This document shows positions 25,661-38,850 of a stretch of 64,000 nucleotides of DNA, piece by piece (the stretch's first letter is position 1; every line of letters begins with the position of its first letter). The notes beneath the pieces are model-generated. The model made no database searches. It was given only the letters and a program-made list of their open reading frames with translations, and had not been told where the DNA came from. The stretch comes from Camelus dromedarius (lineage: Eukaryota): the NCBI RefSeq assembly GCF_036321535.1, contig NC_087436.1, positions 35,404,001 through 35,468,000 on the forward strand. The letters run 5' to 3'. The position numbers were made by a program, and so were the translations under genes.

Positions 25661-28600
25661 ATATCAGTTTATCCATATCCATAAGCATGACTAAGAAGAA
25701 AGAAAGCATGACAGTACAAAGTACCCATCAATTTCTTTTTAGACTCTTCCTGGTAAACAATGGCCAAATAAATACATCAGGAGATATCTGTAAATTCAAT
25801 ATTGAAGGTGAGTGGTAGATTAAGCATTTCTTAAGAATTTGAAAATCTTTCAAGTTTCTGAGCTTTATTAGGTTATTCATCCCTGAGCGTCTCAAATACA
25901 AGCCTCTGTCATTATTGTTTTGACCAAGACTCATCAGTGCTTCAACCACGAATTTTCAGGCGTTTGCCATTATTCACAGCTGCCTCATTTTGGTTCAGTT
26001 TAGGGGAAAAAATAATGTGCTAATGTTTTATTTCCACATTCTCTGTTAAGAAACCCCTTTCGTTACCTGGTCCATGTGCCTTCCCACTTAGGCAGGAATG
26101 TGGCCAGTGTGACCACCCTTACCCTGGTTAAAGCAGAGTTAGCATTCCCTTCAAGCATGAATTAATGCTAACCTTTGTAAGGATGTATTTAACCTCTTAA
26201 AAATCCTGCTAGTTTCTGAAATATTCATTGTACTGAAATCAATAAATCACTGAAATCCCCACTGGGAGGGTAACTTCCTGAGGTCTCAGAGGCCAAGCCA
26301 GAGTGGAGCTAGTAAACATCAGTTTCTCACAGACATGCAATTAGAACATCTGCTTGTGTCTTCTATGCCTATTAAGATGTTTACTCTGTTAATTGTAGGC
26401 ATAACATGGGTATCCATCAGTATTTTTGTTTTCACTCCCACTACAGGAATTCAATAACAGAGCTCTAACCCGGGCCAGCTACCTTGCCAGTCAATTAGCA
26501 ACTTGTCTTTTTAAAGAGAGTATAAGAAACGCACTTTGTCAGAAGCAAACGATGACGGGTGAGAGACAATCGTGAGAAAAAAAAAGTCTGTGCAAGTTGC
26601 AGTGTGGACAAACGTATTTCACCAGCATTTATTTAAATAGTTCTGAATTTCATAATTAGGTTGATTAAATCAAAAAGAGCCACTTCTGGCATCTAGGGAT
26701 AGATTTTGAGCCTATCCAAGCATTTTTAAATGCTAACTTCTTTAGCCTTTCCAGCTGTGCCGTTAATTTTCCAGCTTGGGTTTTTCTGCACAAATGAGGA
26801 GTAATCATCTGTCGTTTCCTCAATTTTAGAGTATTGGGAGAGAAAGTATATACCAAAATGTCTGAATTAGAGTTACCGAAAACTATTAGTTACATTTCAG
26901 TAAATTATCCACATTTAAAAATTGAACTAGATAAATATAACAATCATAAATTCATTAAATTAATCCACCTGAAAACTTTGAAATATTGGTGAAATTTAGT
27001 TATGTAGTTTACAGATTATGTTCTAATGGTATCATAAACTTTAGGCGATATTTAGCACACAAAATTTGGGTTTCAGCTGTCTATAATATTGCTAAATGCA
27101 TAGAATAGTTTGGCAGCATTTAATATAAACTTTACTTGGTATTTACCCCAGGAAACTTAACTTGTTCCCATTTACAGAAATTATTATGTCATAGTAAACA
27201 TCTGTATAAAATCTTGAAAATGTAATTGATATTTAATTTACATAAATTTCTGTCAAAAAATTATCCTGATAATCTGATAAGGAATAAAAATATCGTGTTA
27301 ATTTCATCTTAATTTCCATTCATTATTTCTGATGAATATAAATAATGACAATTGCCATGAATAATGATAATACAGAAGCAAGAATTTGAGAATATTTAGG
27401 AAACATCTTGCTCTGCGTCCAGCACTGTCTCTAAAATATACCAGCTGGTTTAGGAGAGTATTTCTATGTCACCAGTCCATTAAAAGAAGAAATTAAAAAG
27501 AAGGTAATACTCACCTGAAATTGAATTTTAAGATGGACTTTACATCCACTATTTAAGTTGAAATTTCTGAACTTCCTCAAAGGTAAGCACAACTAAAGTA
27601 GAAACTCGATTGTTAAACGTTCTGCCTCAAATGATATTTTTCAAACATCTGGAAACATTCCTTTGCCTCCCTTCTGAAACCATAAGAACTACACACTGCT
27701 GAAGCTTGATGAAGAAATTTTATTTCAATGACTGTGGAACAGATACTCTCCATGTTGGAACTATGTCGATGCAGGGCTTTTCCAGTTCATAGAATGTCCT
27801 GGGCTGTTCGTGGCTAAGAGGTGGGTTGTTTTGTTTTATTTTGTTTTTGTAAGGCTTATGGACCCCTTCTCCACTTAGCACACCTATCTTAGCTCTAGGA
27901 ATCAATCCTGTTAGCAAACAGCTTCCATACAGCTTCATAGTCACTTTACCTACTGTCACAAACTCAGGTGGCCTCAGTACAGTCAAGACTCAAATGAATC
28001 CTTTGTCCTTATTAATATATACGTATTCTGTTTCTAAGTTAAACCAGAATGGTAACTTCACTGGGGACTGGATTCATGCTAGAGTAATTTCTACATCCTT
28101 CTGTTGTTCTATCTCAACCCACAGATGGGGATGAAAGAAAACATAGTCTGTATGTATCAGATGTGTGCATGTTATAGCATCAGGCAATTATGAAAACGAA
28201 AGGAATACGCATAGCCTGTGACTTCAGTACTCACACACTTAGCCACTGTGCCATCCAGCCTCTTTATAATGAAAAAATTCAACACCTATTTTAAATACCC
28301 ACTAAGGAACATTTTTCTTTGAACTATGATCAGAAGAAAATGGAATTTTCTAAATAAGGGATCCACTACAAGAACGATATAAAAAAAAATATTCCATAAA
28401 ACTATAGTGTAGTTCTTCAAAACCTGGCATGTGAATTTTAGAAAGAAAATATGCAATGTTTATAATAAAATATATAATTTGGTTTTAATGGTAAACATTA
28501 GTATGCACATGCTTATATGTTTCTGAGCTATAAATCAAACTCACGGAGGGAGATTTTCTTAATGCGAACCTACAAGTAAAGCCACGTCCCTCAGAAAACA

Positions 28601-31600
28601 TGCAGACTATACAGCTGTGCAGCTGAATAGCACATTATATGGCCATGTCCAGTTATCATGAAAATTGGCCAGAATTCCTGCAGGCTAATCCAGTATGGTT
28701 TTGATAACTAAAATATAAAACACATCATAATTCACATTGTCATAATGTAGACTTAACCAAAACTCAGCAGTTTTGAAATCACTAATTTATGTAATGATCA
28801 TTCCATCAAAGTTGAGTACCATGGTAATAATTTATTAAATTATTCACAGAATTTCTGAAACTGTCTCAAAAATATATGGGGCCAAGTTCTATGAAATTCA
28901 CTAAAGTCGACAACAACAACAAAAAATAGGAATGCGCATAAAAGGAGTGTTGTTTATTCTCTAAACCTTGCATACCTTACAAAACCAGAAGCTCCATCAA
29001 ATTTCTTTAATCACATGATGACAAAACGTCAGAATTGGAAAGGAAAAAATTATATCTAGTCAGGAACATAATTAAGAAAAACAACGAAGGCTTTTAAGGT
29101 TATTGTATTAGTCTGATGATCATCCACAAAAAGAAGCTCACATCAAAATGCAATCTTCTAGGTCATATTTTCTTCTGACAATTCTCTGTACATTTTCCAA
29201 CCCTCTAGCACAGTCTGTGCACCTGCAATGCACAGCAGCTTGGACACGATGCTGTCCCAGCGCCTCTGCCATTAACCTTGTCACACAATAAAATTCTGTT
29301 TACTTTTCAGCCTCCTAAATTATACCATAAGAACCTTAAGGACAAAAATCTATCTATCTTATTTTCTCTTTATTGCTAACACCTAGTATAGACTGTTGTT
29401 CTTTAAGTATTTGTTGAATTATACTAAATCCAACACAGTAACTTTTAAGCACAAGGGAAATCTGTTTCACTTTGTTTCCTATATTATACATTTACACACT
29501 AAGGGAATGTGAGTGTATATGTATAAGTAAATTATACATACACATTAATATGCAATGGGTATATATAATTTATATATAATTATATATAACTGCATATATG
29601 TCATTATATACAAATTTTATATATATATATTAAACTGTTCTGTCATTAAACTCTCAAGTTTTCATTCTTGAATTGTGTGGTTTAGAATGGAGACATTATT
29701 CCAAATTATTGATAAATATTTTGGTATTGTGTATGGTCAGACATAAGAGTTCAGGATTTAAATCCCAGCCAGATGTAAAGTCAAAGAGTATTTGAAAGAA
29801 CTCCCCCTTTCTAACTCAGCCTTTCCAGAAATCCTACTGCAATATACAAGAGGCCTTCCAAGAGGCTTGGAAAGGCGCTACACCTATAGTCACTATAATG
29901 ATTAGGGGGAGAAAGATGATAAAAAAAAAAAAGGAAACTGAATAGAAAGGCAAGCATGTAGGCTCTCTCATTAAAAATAAAAACTGAGATACAGAGTCAA
30001 ATGAGCCATAGTTTGAATAAAGTAATGAGACGGACTCATGATGGCCAGCTCTTGTGTTTGCCCGCTTTCAATTTTGAAGGATGTGGAATAGAATGATTTA
30101 AGATTTCTTACTGGGTTGTGTTTTCTGGAATTCTGGAAAGTAATCTGTACTCTTACAGTGTGTTCATGCTGTGTAAGGCTGTTTGATATAACTGATGAGA
30201 ATCTGTACCGAGCGTCTTCCAAAATCACTTCCCTTGGCTTGTAGCCCAAACAAAATGCAGTCACAAGTATTTAACTAAAAAAGATTAATTGTCCAGGTGA
30301 TTGCATGGTCTTTCTCAGTGGCGTCTTCACTGTGATCCTCTTTCCTTTGTTCTCACACTGTACTACCATACGACCAAGTTGAAGCCTCCTGCTCTGCAGC
30401 AGAAAGTCTTGCCCATTAGGGCTTCAAAGTGCAGCCCATCACCCTTAACACGCAGCTCTCCGAATTCACTGAACCGAAGCAAAGGCCAGGGCCATCCTCC
30501 CATGGTCAAAGCAGCGGTTTCCCTTCCATATCTAACAGTGCCTTGCTGGAAAACAGGGAACAAGGAAAGGCAAGCCTGACCCTGTCAGCAAATAATAGAA
30601 GGTGGAAAGAATGTAAGAGATAGGCATATTGTATTATGATAATTTATACTTGAGAATAAAATTTAGTTTTCTCTTTCAATTATTCTCCATCTGCCCCTGT
30701 GAAACAGAAATCCTTCTTTGGTAGCATAAGGCCACTTACTAGCATCCCACAAACATGATTAATAGATTCCAGTCTTCTGAAGGAATACTTTGTAACAAAG
30801 CTACACATACACACACACACACACATTATGATTTAATGTGGACAAAAACTTGTAATTTTTAACAATTTTAAACACAATTTTATTCAAATAAAAACAGCCA
30901 CCAAGAGCTGTTGTTTACAGTTGAAGAGGTGTTCTTATTTAAAAGATAAAGCCAGTAGAGAAAACATCCGAGTCCTTAATTATAGGTTTTTTACACACTG
31001 CTGATCATGCTCACATTGGATTGCTAACTTTCTGGCAGAATAAGGAAAGTGGCAGATTAAGAAAACCAGTTTTATCAGTTCTTTGTCTGGATTCTCCTCT
31101 GTCTCTTGAGAGAGTTCCTTGGATGATCCAAGTAAAAATGTTTTTACTGATTCATTTTTATTTTCCTGTGTGAGGGAAAAGATTGACACAGATAAAATAT
31201 GAATAACAGCTACTAAAATATTAATTATTTAAGCCATTACTGTGGCAATCACTTATTCTGATTTTCTGGAACATTCTTGATTATAAACATCTGTTCTGTG
31301 GTTCCCAGAAAGACAGTCCTAATATTTTACAATGTACATCCCAACTTTGGATTCTGAACAAATGGTCATAAAATCTCCTGCTTCCCAATAGTACTATGAA
31401 AACTTTCTGCAGCACATTCTCCAAAACAGTAAAGGTAACTTTTTCAGTGAATAAGTCGTTTGGGCACATATGTTCTCATGCCCTTTAAAAAGAGATTTTA
31501 AATAACTTAAAGGGTACTGTCAGAAGAAAAGATTTCTGACAGTAGTTTTGTGATATGTTGGATCTTCTTCCTGAGAAAGTTTGGGTTATTAAGTGGTATT

Positions 31601-34324
31601 TGCGTGGCATCCCATCAAAGGGAGCTCAGTTGTTGCAGAAAGAGAGTCTGGGTAATTCATTTGCCCACCTGGATCTCACAAGGCAGTGCCGAATCGATGC
31701 TCCAAGCACCAAAGCCATGACAATGCTGGAGCACAGGAGTGAAGTCAGAAGGCTTTCTCAGTCATTGCACAGTCATCAAACAGAGACTGACTGTCTGGCT
31801 GAAGTAGCCACATGCTTCATTTCCCTGAAGGCCTACTGGTGCCCAGCTTCAGAGGAACTCGGTGTGTCACCAAGGTGATCTCTGATTAGGAACAGTCAAC
31901 CATGCAAACCCTGAGAACGGCAGGGAAACAAGGGACTGTCATCTACATGCTGATGGTATAAGGATTACCACACGCCCTATCTCAGCACCCACTCAGAGTG
32001 TCCTCCCTGTGACCTCCAGTTGCCCAGAGAGGACCCACCTGGAAAGTCATTAGATGACTAAGACCCCGATCCTTAAGCTTAATCTGTGCTGGAGTAATAA
32101 CATTTTTTTCTTTAAAAACAAAAAGTGTGCGTGTGTATGTAAGCATATGGCTATCTCACTAAGTGTCCTTGCCCAGATTCTACTTCTTCATAAAATGGCA
32201 AATTCATTCTAAGGATATGATTTTAAACCTTTTCTGTTACTGAGTAATAATCATGACTGGTCCACAGACCCAGGCACTATACATAACTAAATACTGGTGC
32301 ACAGGAAAGAGTGGAAAATACTCATATCTGGTTACACACTTCAAACTGGCTTATCTAATTTTATTTTGCTTATTTTATTTGTATTTGTCTACCTAAATCA
32401 CCGGACTTGTCGTCTTCTCCCCGTCCACACAAAAGCAGGAAGAGTAAAAAGAGTCTTTCTGTTTGCTGTGGCGTACATTAGTACATGAAAACCGGATGGA
32501 ATAAAACGAGCGTGTGGTGAAGTCAGTGAGCTTAGAGGCGCGTATCTGATCAGACCTTTAACCTCACTGTTTCCTCTCCTTCTCTGAGTATTTATTTTAA
32601 CTCTGAATTTTCGTCTGTGGCCTTCAGTGCCAGAAATATTCTTACATGTTCAGATAAGACACTTTCATCCACTTCCAAAAATGTTGAGGGTGAGGGTCAG
32701 ATCTGAATTCCTGCTTATCCTGAGGCAAATGTCTCCAACTGGACCAGCACTTGGGATGTTTGGGATGTCTTGACTGACGTCTCTGCAGCTGATGGGGCTG
32801 TTTGCGGTCTCTTTTTTTTTTTTTTTCTCTCTCCGCCATCCCCCTCTTCTGAATTTACACCAGCAGAGACAATAAATCGCTTCCTAGATTCTTCCCATTC
32901 CCTCCAAAGCTAAGCTGAGGACAGAAGGCCCCCGTCGATTTTTTCAGCTTGACCCTACCTGTGTTTGGCTCTGGCCACTCGACCATGTCAGCATTCCAGG
33001 ACCATGAGAGAAGGCCACGTTTGAACCCAACAGGAAGCAGAGGAAGCCAGGCGTTGACATCACCTGACAGATGTGTTTCTCAAGTGGGAAATGTTATTCA
33101 GGGCTTTTTCATGGAAATCATTGACAGAGAAAAGGAATAAAGAAAAGAGGGAGAGGAGAGAGAATGTCAGTGCCATGATGGGCATGTTCTGCACCCCATA
33201 AAAAAAAGAATTAAAATGACGCAACCTCACCTCCCTCTGTCTCCACTCCCCCCCCGCCCCCTCATCCTTTTCGTCTGGAAGTAAACGTTGCTGAAACACT
33301 ATAGCTACCGGCAGAGTAGCAACACAGAATAACATGGTAGCAACACATAAAACTGTCCGTCTTCAAGGAAAATGGATGGTGAGGTTGAGGGGGGAAATGA
33401 ACTAAATCAATTTGAACAAGCATGTTAAGGACTGTGAAAGGGCAGAGTTTAGTGCTGCTAGGCTGGAAAACATTTGTCTCTGTCTTCTTGTATTTCCACA
33501 GCACTGGGCAGAATCCACCCACAGGCTTCTCACTTGGCTCCAGTCTGACTCTGTGTCTGATTAATGGCAGCTGGAGGTGTCCAGTAATTTCCTCACCTAA
33601 TAATAAACTGCAACCCAAAATGGAGGTTCCTCTCAAGCCCACAGTTAACATACCTGCACTTACAACCAGGAGGTAGCCAATTACCCTGCCTCTGTGCCCG
33701 CTACCTAGGGAATACATGCTCCAGCAGGGCCAAGGCTGTTTTGTGTACTGGGGACCCAATTCCTGCCTACACCAGACAGACTGTTCTTGTTACACAAAGA
33801 ACACATATCAAGTTCAATCAGAGATGGAAACAAAAAATCAAAATGCTTAGAAAAATCTTCCAGCAGCACCACCAAATACATGTTAAAAGTAATCTCAAAA
33901 CTGTGGGAGAAAAAAAGGTCAGAGGATGGACCTGGTCTTAAGCCTTTTTGGAACTTAAATTTTAAATTGTCGTTACTGAAATGCCAGCTTGTAATTGCAA
34001 AGCCTGAAGCCTAAACAATCAGTCTCATTCCCTGCTACCTCAGCAACCAGTAAAGCTGTGTTTGCCCAGTACTTCTGCCTCTCAGATGCCTTCAGCAATG
34101 AGAAATGGTCCATGGCACGCACCATACGGTGATTATGTGGCTTAACTCTGCCATATTCATTAAGTGGTTAGCCTCAACATTTGTATTTATAGTAATTAAC
34201 ACAATTAATTAAGCTGAAGAATAATACACATTATATACTGAGATGAAAATACAGAATCCTATGTGTGTGCGGGGTTGTGTGTGTGTCTGTGTGCACAAAT
34301 ACGTTAGTACACACGGGTAGTGGG

Positions 34325-34515
34325 CGTGTGGCGTAGTGGAGACTACACGGGCCTGCATTCAGATTTCATTTCTGCTGCTTTATTGCATGATCTCATGAAA
34401 TTATTTTAACTCCTGTGAACTTCTGCTTCTTCACTTGTAAAATGAAAATAATAATATTTATCAGTAATAAATGTATGTAAAGTACCTAGTTCAACATCTG
34501 GCACATAGTAGGTAA
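34325..34515 (+). mobile_element. MIR remnant
   Basis: ttaactcctgtgaacttctgcttcttcacttgtaaaatgaaaataataata...tggcacatagtagg. Confidence 0.7.
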
Positions 34516-34552
34516 CCTATAATTGGTTTCACATGTTAGAGGTGACGTCTAA

Positions 34553-35118
34553 AAAAATTTTAATAGGTGTAAAATATACATGATGTGAAATTTATCATCT
34601 TAACCATTTTTCAGTGTACGGTTAGATGTCATTAAACATATTCATATTGTTGTCCTACCATTACCACCATCCATGTACAGAGCTCTTCTCCTCTTGCAAA
34701 ACTGAAAGGCTGTATCCATTAAACAATAACTCGTCCTCCCTGCCTCCCTCCCTCCCCGACAGCCATTCTACTTCCTATCACTGAATGTGACTGTTCTAGG
34801 TTCCTCGTATAAGTGGGCTTATGCAGGATTTTTCCTTTTGTGACTGGCTTATTTCACTTAGCATAATGTCCTCAAGATTCATCCTTATTTTAGCAAGTGT
34901 CTGAGTTTCCTTCCTTTTCAAAGCTGAAAAATAATTCCATTGAATTCACATATCACATTTTGTTTATCCATTCATCTGTCAATAGACATGTGAGTCGTTT
35001 CTACCTTTTGGCCATTGCGAATAATGCTGCTATGAACAATGGTGTAAAAATATTTCTTTGAGTCCCTACATTCAATTATTTTAGGTATATACCCAAGAGT
35101 GGAATTGCTGGATCATAT
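34553..35118 (-). mobile_element. Old L1 (L1MA/MB-type) 3' end
   Basis: ttttgtgactggcttatttcacttagcataatgtcctcaagattcatcc...aataatgctgctatgaaca...gtggaattgctggatcata. Confidence 0.9.
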
Positions 35119-36763
35119 AAAATTATTTTATATGGTTAAATAATTTCATATTAAAATTAATAATCTTCCCATTCCTTTGCTTAGGACCAAAGAGGAAAGC
35201 AGTTTTTCTGATCCTTTATTGCCAGAAATAGAGAAATAAAGATGCTTCCTGACCCTTTAATGCCAGCAATAGAGAAAATTGTTTTTTCTCACTTTTAGGG
35301 GAAATCAGAATAATCCATTGGGGATGACATAGCACAAGGGATAGGCAGAACTAACTGGCCAGGGCATTACAGAGACACACAGAATCTGTGAGGCTGAAAA
35401 CCCTATTTAACTCATCTTTCTTCTATATTTTCAAGGAAATCATACAAGGCTTGTAGCCTGATACGCCTCCTGTCCCTATTCAAAGCCCAGGCTGCCACAC
35501 AGAACGTATTTATTACTATTCCCATATGTAAAAGCCGTGATTCTGGTGGTCTTTAGGCGTGGGGAAGATCTCAATGACAGGCGTCTCTACTCACCAGCAA
35601 GATGATAAGGAGACATCATGGAGGGCAGACCTACCCATGTGAAAAAAAAATTACAGTGTCACAAGTATTCTTAAATAAAGAAGAGTATGTATCATTGAAT
35701 TGCTGTAACATTTTATGTTACAATGAAAAGTATGTTGTAAAGAAGTATAGTACCATCACATTCTGGCTGAGGCCAACCTGGAAACTGACAGTGAGAATGG
35801 GTAGATCAGATGTGTGTGGGCGAGGAGCCTGGCACTAAGATGATGAAGGAGAAGAGACAAGAATAAAGGGATGATGAAAAGATCAGACAAAGAGGAACAG
35901 TAGCAGAACAAATCAAAGATATCAGGTCAAAAATGAAAACTTTGCAATGTGAGTGCTGGCCCTCTGTCAGGAGATCCTAAACTGGGGTTGGCCAAGCAAA
36001 GGGAGGACAGACAAGGGACAGAACCAAGTTTGTGGCAGAATGTTTCACGGAATCACACATTGCTGGGGTCTCGGTAGAGACTTAGAACAAACAGGAATTC
36101 ACTTGATGAATTAATGGCATGTGCTAGCACACGCCCTTGCTAACGGTGCTATTTTGTATGACTAAGCGTGTGCCTGTACCCATCGGGGCAGTGTAGGACT
36201 GTCTCTAAGCTACATTCAGCTAACTAGATTTGCACATGCCATGGAAGGGGAGAAAGTGGGTGTGTGTCATTTTTAATAGAAAAATGTTAAACCTTCTTAG
36301 CCAGCCCCTGAGCTCCCCAAACAGAGGAGACCTTTAGATAAGTGAGGACCTTCCAAGACTCTGGACCATGCAATGTGAACTCTCCACTGGGGATGACTCG
36401 GGTGCACTTTGACCAAAAGGGTGCAACTGGGTTGGGAGATTTAAATGTGTGCACGCCAGGGTTCAAGTGCATTCTGATGCAGTCCCCCAGCTTTGTAATG
36501 GGGTCTTAGTTTTCCAAGTATCACCCATTGAGCTGTTTCCCTGGTTAGCCTCCTTGGATGTCCTGCTCACAGTCAGTAGCTCCCTACCCAGATCAATACT
36601 AACACCTCCCTCATCATTCTTAAAATGAATCCTTACCTTCAATCTGAGTCTCTCGTAGGCAAACTAGTGCTATTTTTTCCTGTTTCCATTCTACTTCTCC
36701 CTTTTAATCATCATAAATCAACATATTATTTTCAAAGGTGTAAGGCCAATTCTGCACCCCCCA

Positions 36764-36764
<1 letters not shown>

Positions 36765-36813
<49 letters not shown>
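36765..36813. repeat. (CA)n microsatellite, ~24 units
   Basis: Directly visible. Confidence 0.98.
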
Positions 36814-36816
<3 letters not shown>

Positions 36817-37519
36817 TCTTTATCAGAAAACCTGGAAGAAGTTTTTTATTTCTTTGTTTTTCTTTTTAAGTGGAAATCTTATATTGCTGTTTACGAAATA
36901 AGATTAGGAAGCAGCCCAATGAAAGAGAGAGAAAATCCCCCAAAGACTAGCAGTGATACCAGGAGGGCATCCAAACTGGGCTCCAAAACTGGGCCTGCCG
37001 TGGGCCAGTCATAGATTTAGAGGGTATACTTCCTCTTCTGTTCTACTTGGCCTCAAAGTTGCTGTTCCTTCAAGCAAAAGAAAAAAAGGAATAAATCTAC
37101 AGAGAAAAACACACCTCAGGAGAATGAAAGGGTGAGGAAAACACGTGGAAACCTCTAAGCTTCACTGGCAAGCAAGTCTAGAAACATCAGCTTTGTGAAA
37201 ACTGGAAAGAAAGTTTGAAGACTTGAGCTGCTGGAGAGAAGTGAGTGAGTCCTTGGCATGTGCGTCCTCAGTGGGGTGAGCCTCGGCTAGACACACCCAG
37301 GGGGCTGCCTCCTAGTGGCTCTCTGATTATTACCTGGCATGCTGCAGCGGCCACCAACAGCCCCTTGGCTGCTTCCCACCAAACTCCCTTGTCATCACCG
37401 TCTCCAACTCCCCACAGCAGTCCCTCCCCTTATCAAAACCTGACACTCCCATCCCATTCGTGTCGGCTCAGCTGCACCGGCTGCTGCCGAGTCAGGGTTC
37501 AGTGTCGTATCTGAATGTT

Positions 37520-38100
37520 CAGTGATTCACGAAATGTTTGTGGAGTACCTATTAGGTACCAGAGAGTGTGCTAAGTACTAGGGTGAGTAAGATAAATAAC
37601 CACTCATAAAATAATAACAAAGGGAAAAGAATGGAGTTTAGAGACGTTACACAAACTGAACCACATCGATCCCAGTCAAGGCAGAAGGAGATGTCCTTTC
37701 AGGGTCTAGGCTTCGATGTGAGATCTGGAAAGTCAGAAGAGGTCTCCTTGCCACTGACTACAGAGCAGAGATTTAAAGAAAGGATAGGAGTGACCTAGAT
37801 TTTGAGGGGAAGGGGATGGTAGATGGTGGGGATGAATGTAGGGTGAGAAGGGGCATTTTAGCAGAAAAGAATAATATACACAAAACCCTGCAGTGGAAGA
37901 AAGCATGACTTCTCCCGGGACACTGAAAAGAAGCCAGTGTGGCTGGAGGCCAGGGAGCAATCAAGGTGGTGACGAAGTAAGAATTTGAGGCTAGAGAGAC
38001 CTGCAGCACACAGACAACTCAGAATTGTGTGGAGGATATGATGAGGGTTTTTTATTTTTCCCTTGATCTTGGTGGAAGGTCTTTGAAATGCCAGTTAAGG
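37520..38100 (-). mobile_element. L2 remnant
   Basis: atgtttgtggagtacctatt...gtgctaagtactaggg; gaagccagtgtggctggag. Confidence 0.6.
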
Positions 38101-38234
38101 AATTAGGATGGATGAAGTACCTGTACAGACAGAGTCACCATGGGCTGGCATGATGGACAATGGGGATGTGTGCAACCTTAAAAAGTTAGTAAAGTGGATT
38201 GGAGATTAGTCACCTAAGGTCCAGAAAAATGACA

Positions 38235-38850
38235 ACTTGAGCTCAGGGTCCTGTCCTACCACTTACCAGCACCTTGACCTTGAGAGAATTCGTGAACTTC
38301 TCTTAGTGTCAACTTAAGGCACCTACTGTTAATTGCAGCTGTGAGTATCAAATGAGGTCGTCCATTTGAGAGCAGTTTACAACCGCCAGTGGTGTAAAAG
38401 TGTAAAGCAGCAATGAGTGCTGGCAACGTTACAGCAATACTTGTTATGACAGTAACATTAAAACATGTATTAGATAGTTTTTGCTGTGGCAACAAGCAAG
38501 CCCCAAATCTCAGAGCTAACTCTGGCAGTTATTTCTCACTCATGTTAAATGAGGACTGCAGGCTGGCTGTGGCTCTGGTGCAGGCTGTGGGCTGATGGAG
38601 TCTGCTTCATTTGTTTTCTCAATCCAGAATCCAGGCTGGAGGAGCAGCACCCATCTCATACCTGCTTTTCTTGAGGGGAATGGGGTGGAGGGGCAGAAGT
38701 GAAAGAACTTCTCAGATTTGGCATATCCCTTGGCTTGAGCAAATCAGACGACCATGCTGCACATCAATGGGAAAAGAATGCGTTATCTTCTTTGAGGTAA
38801 GGAGAAAAGGAATATTAGGAACAATAGTACAATCTGCCATAAATATTTGT
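38235..38850. mobile_element. MIR remnant followed by MLT1-type LTR remnant
   Basis: ccacttaccagcaccttgaccttgag (MIR core-like); tgtattagatag...gctgtggcaacaagcaagccccaaatctcag (MLT1-like). Confidence 0.55.

Noticed and set aside
33262..33759. Longest ORF in the track (165 aa)
   Set aside because: Non-ATG start, no recognisable domain and no supporting exon structure.
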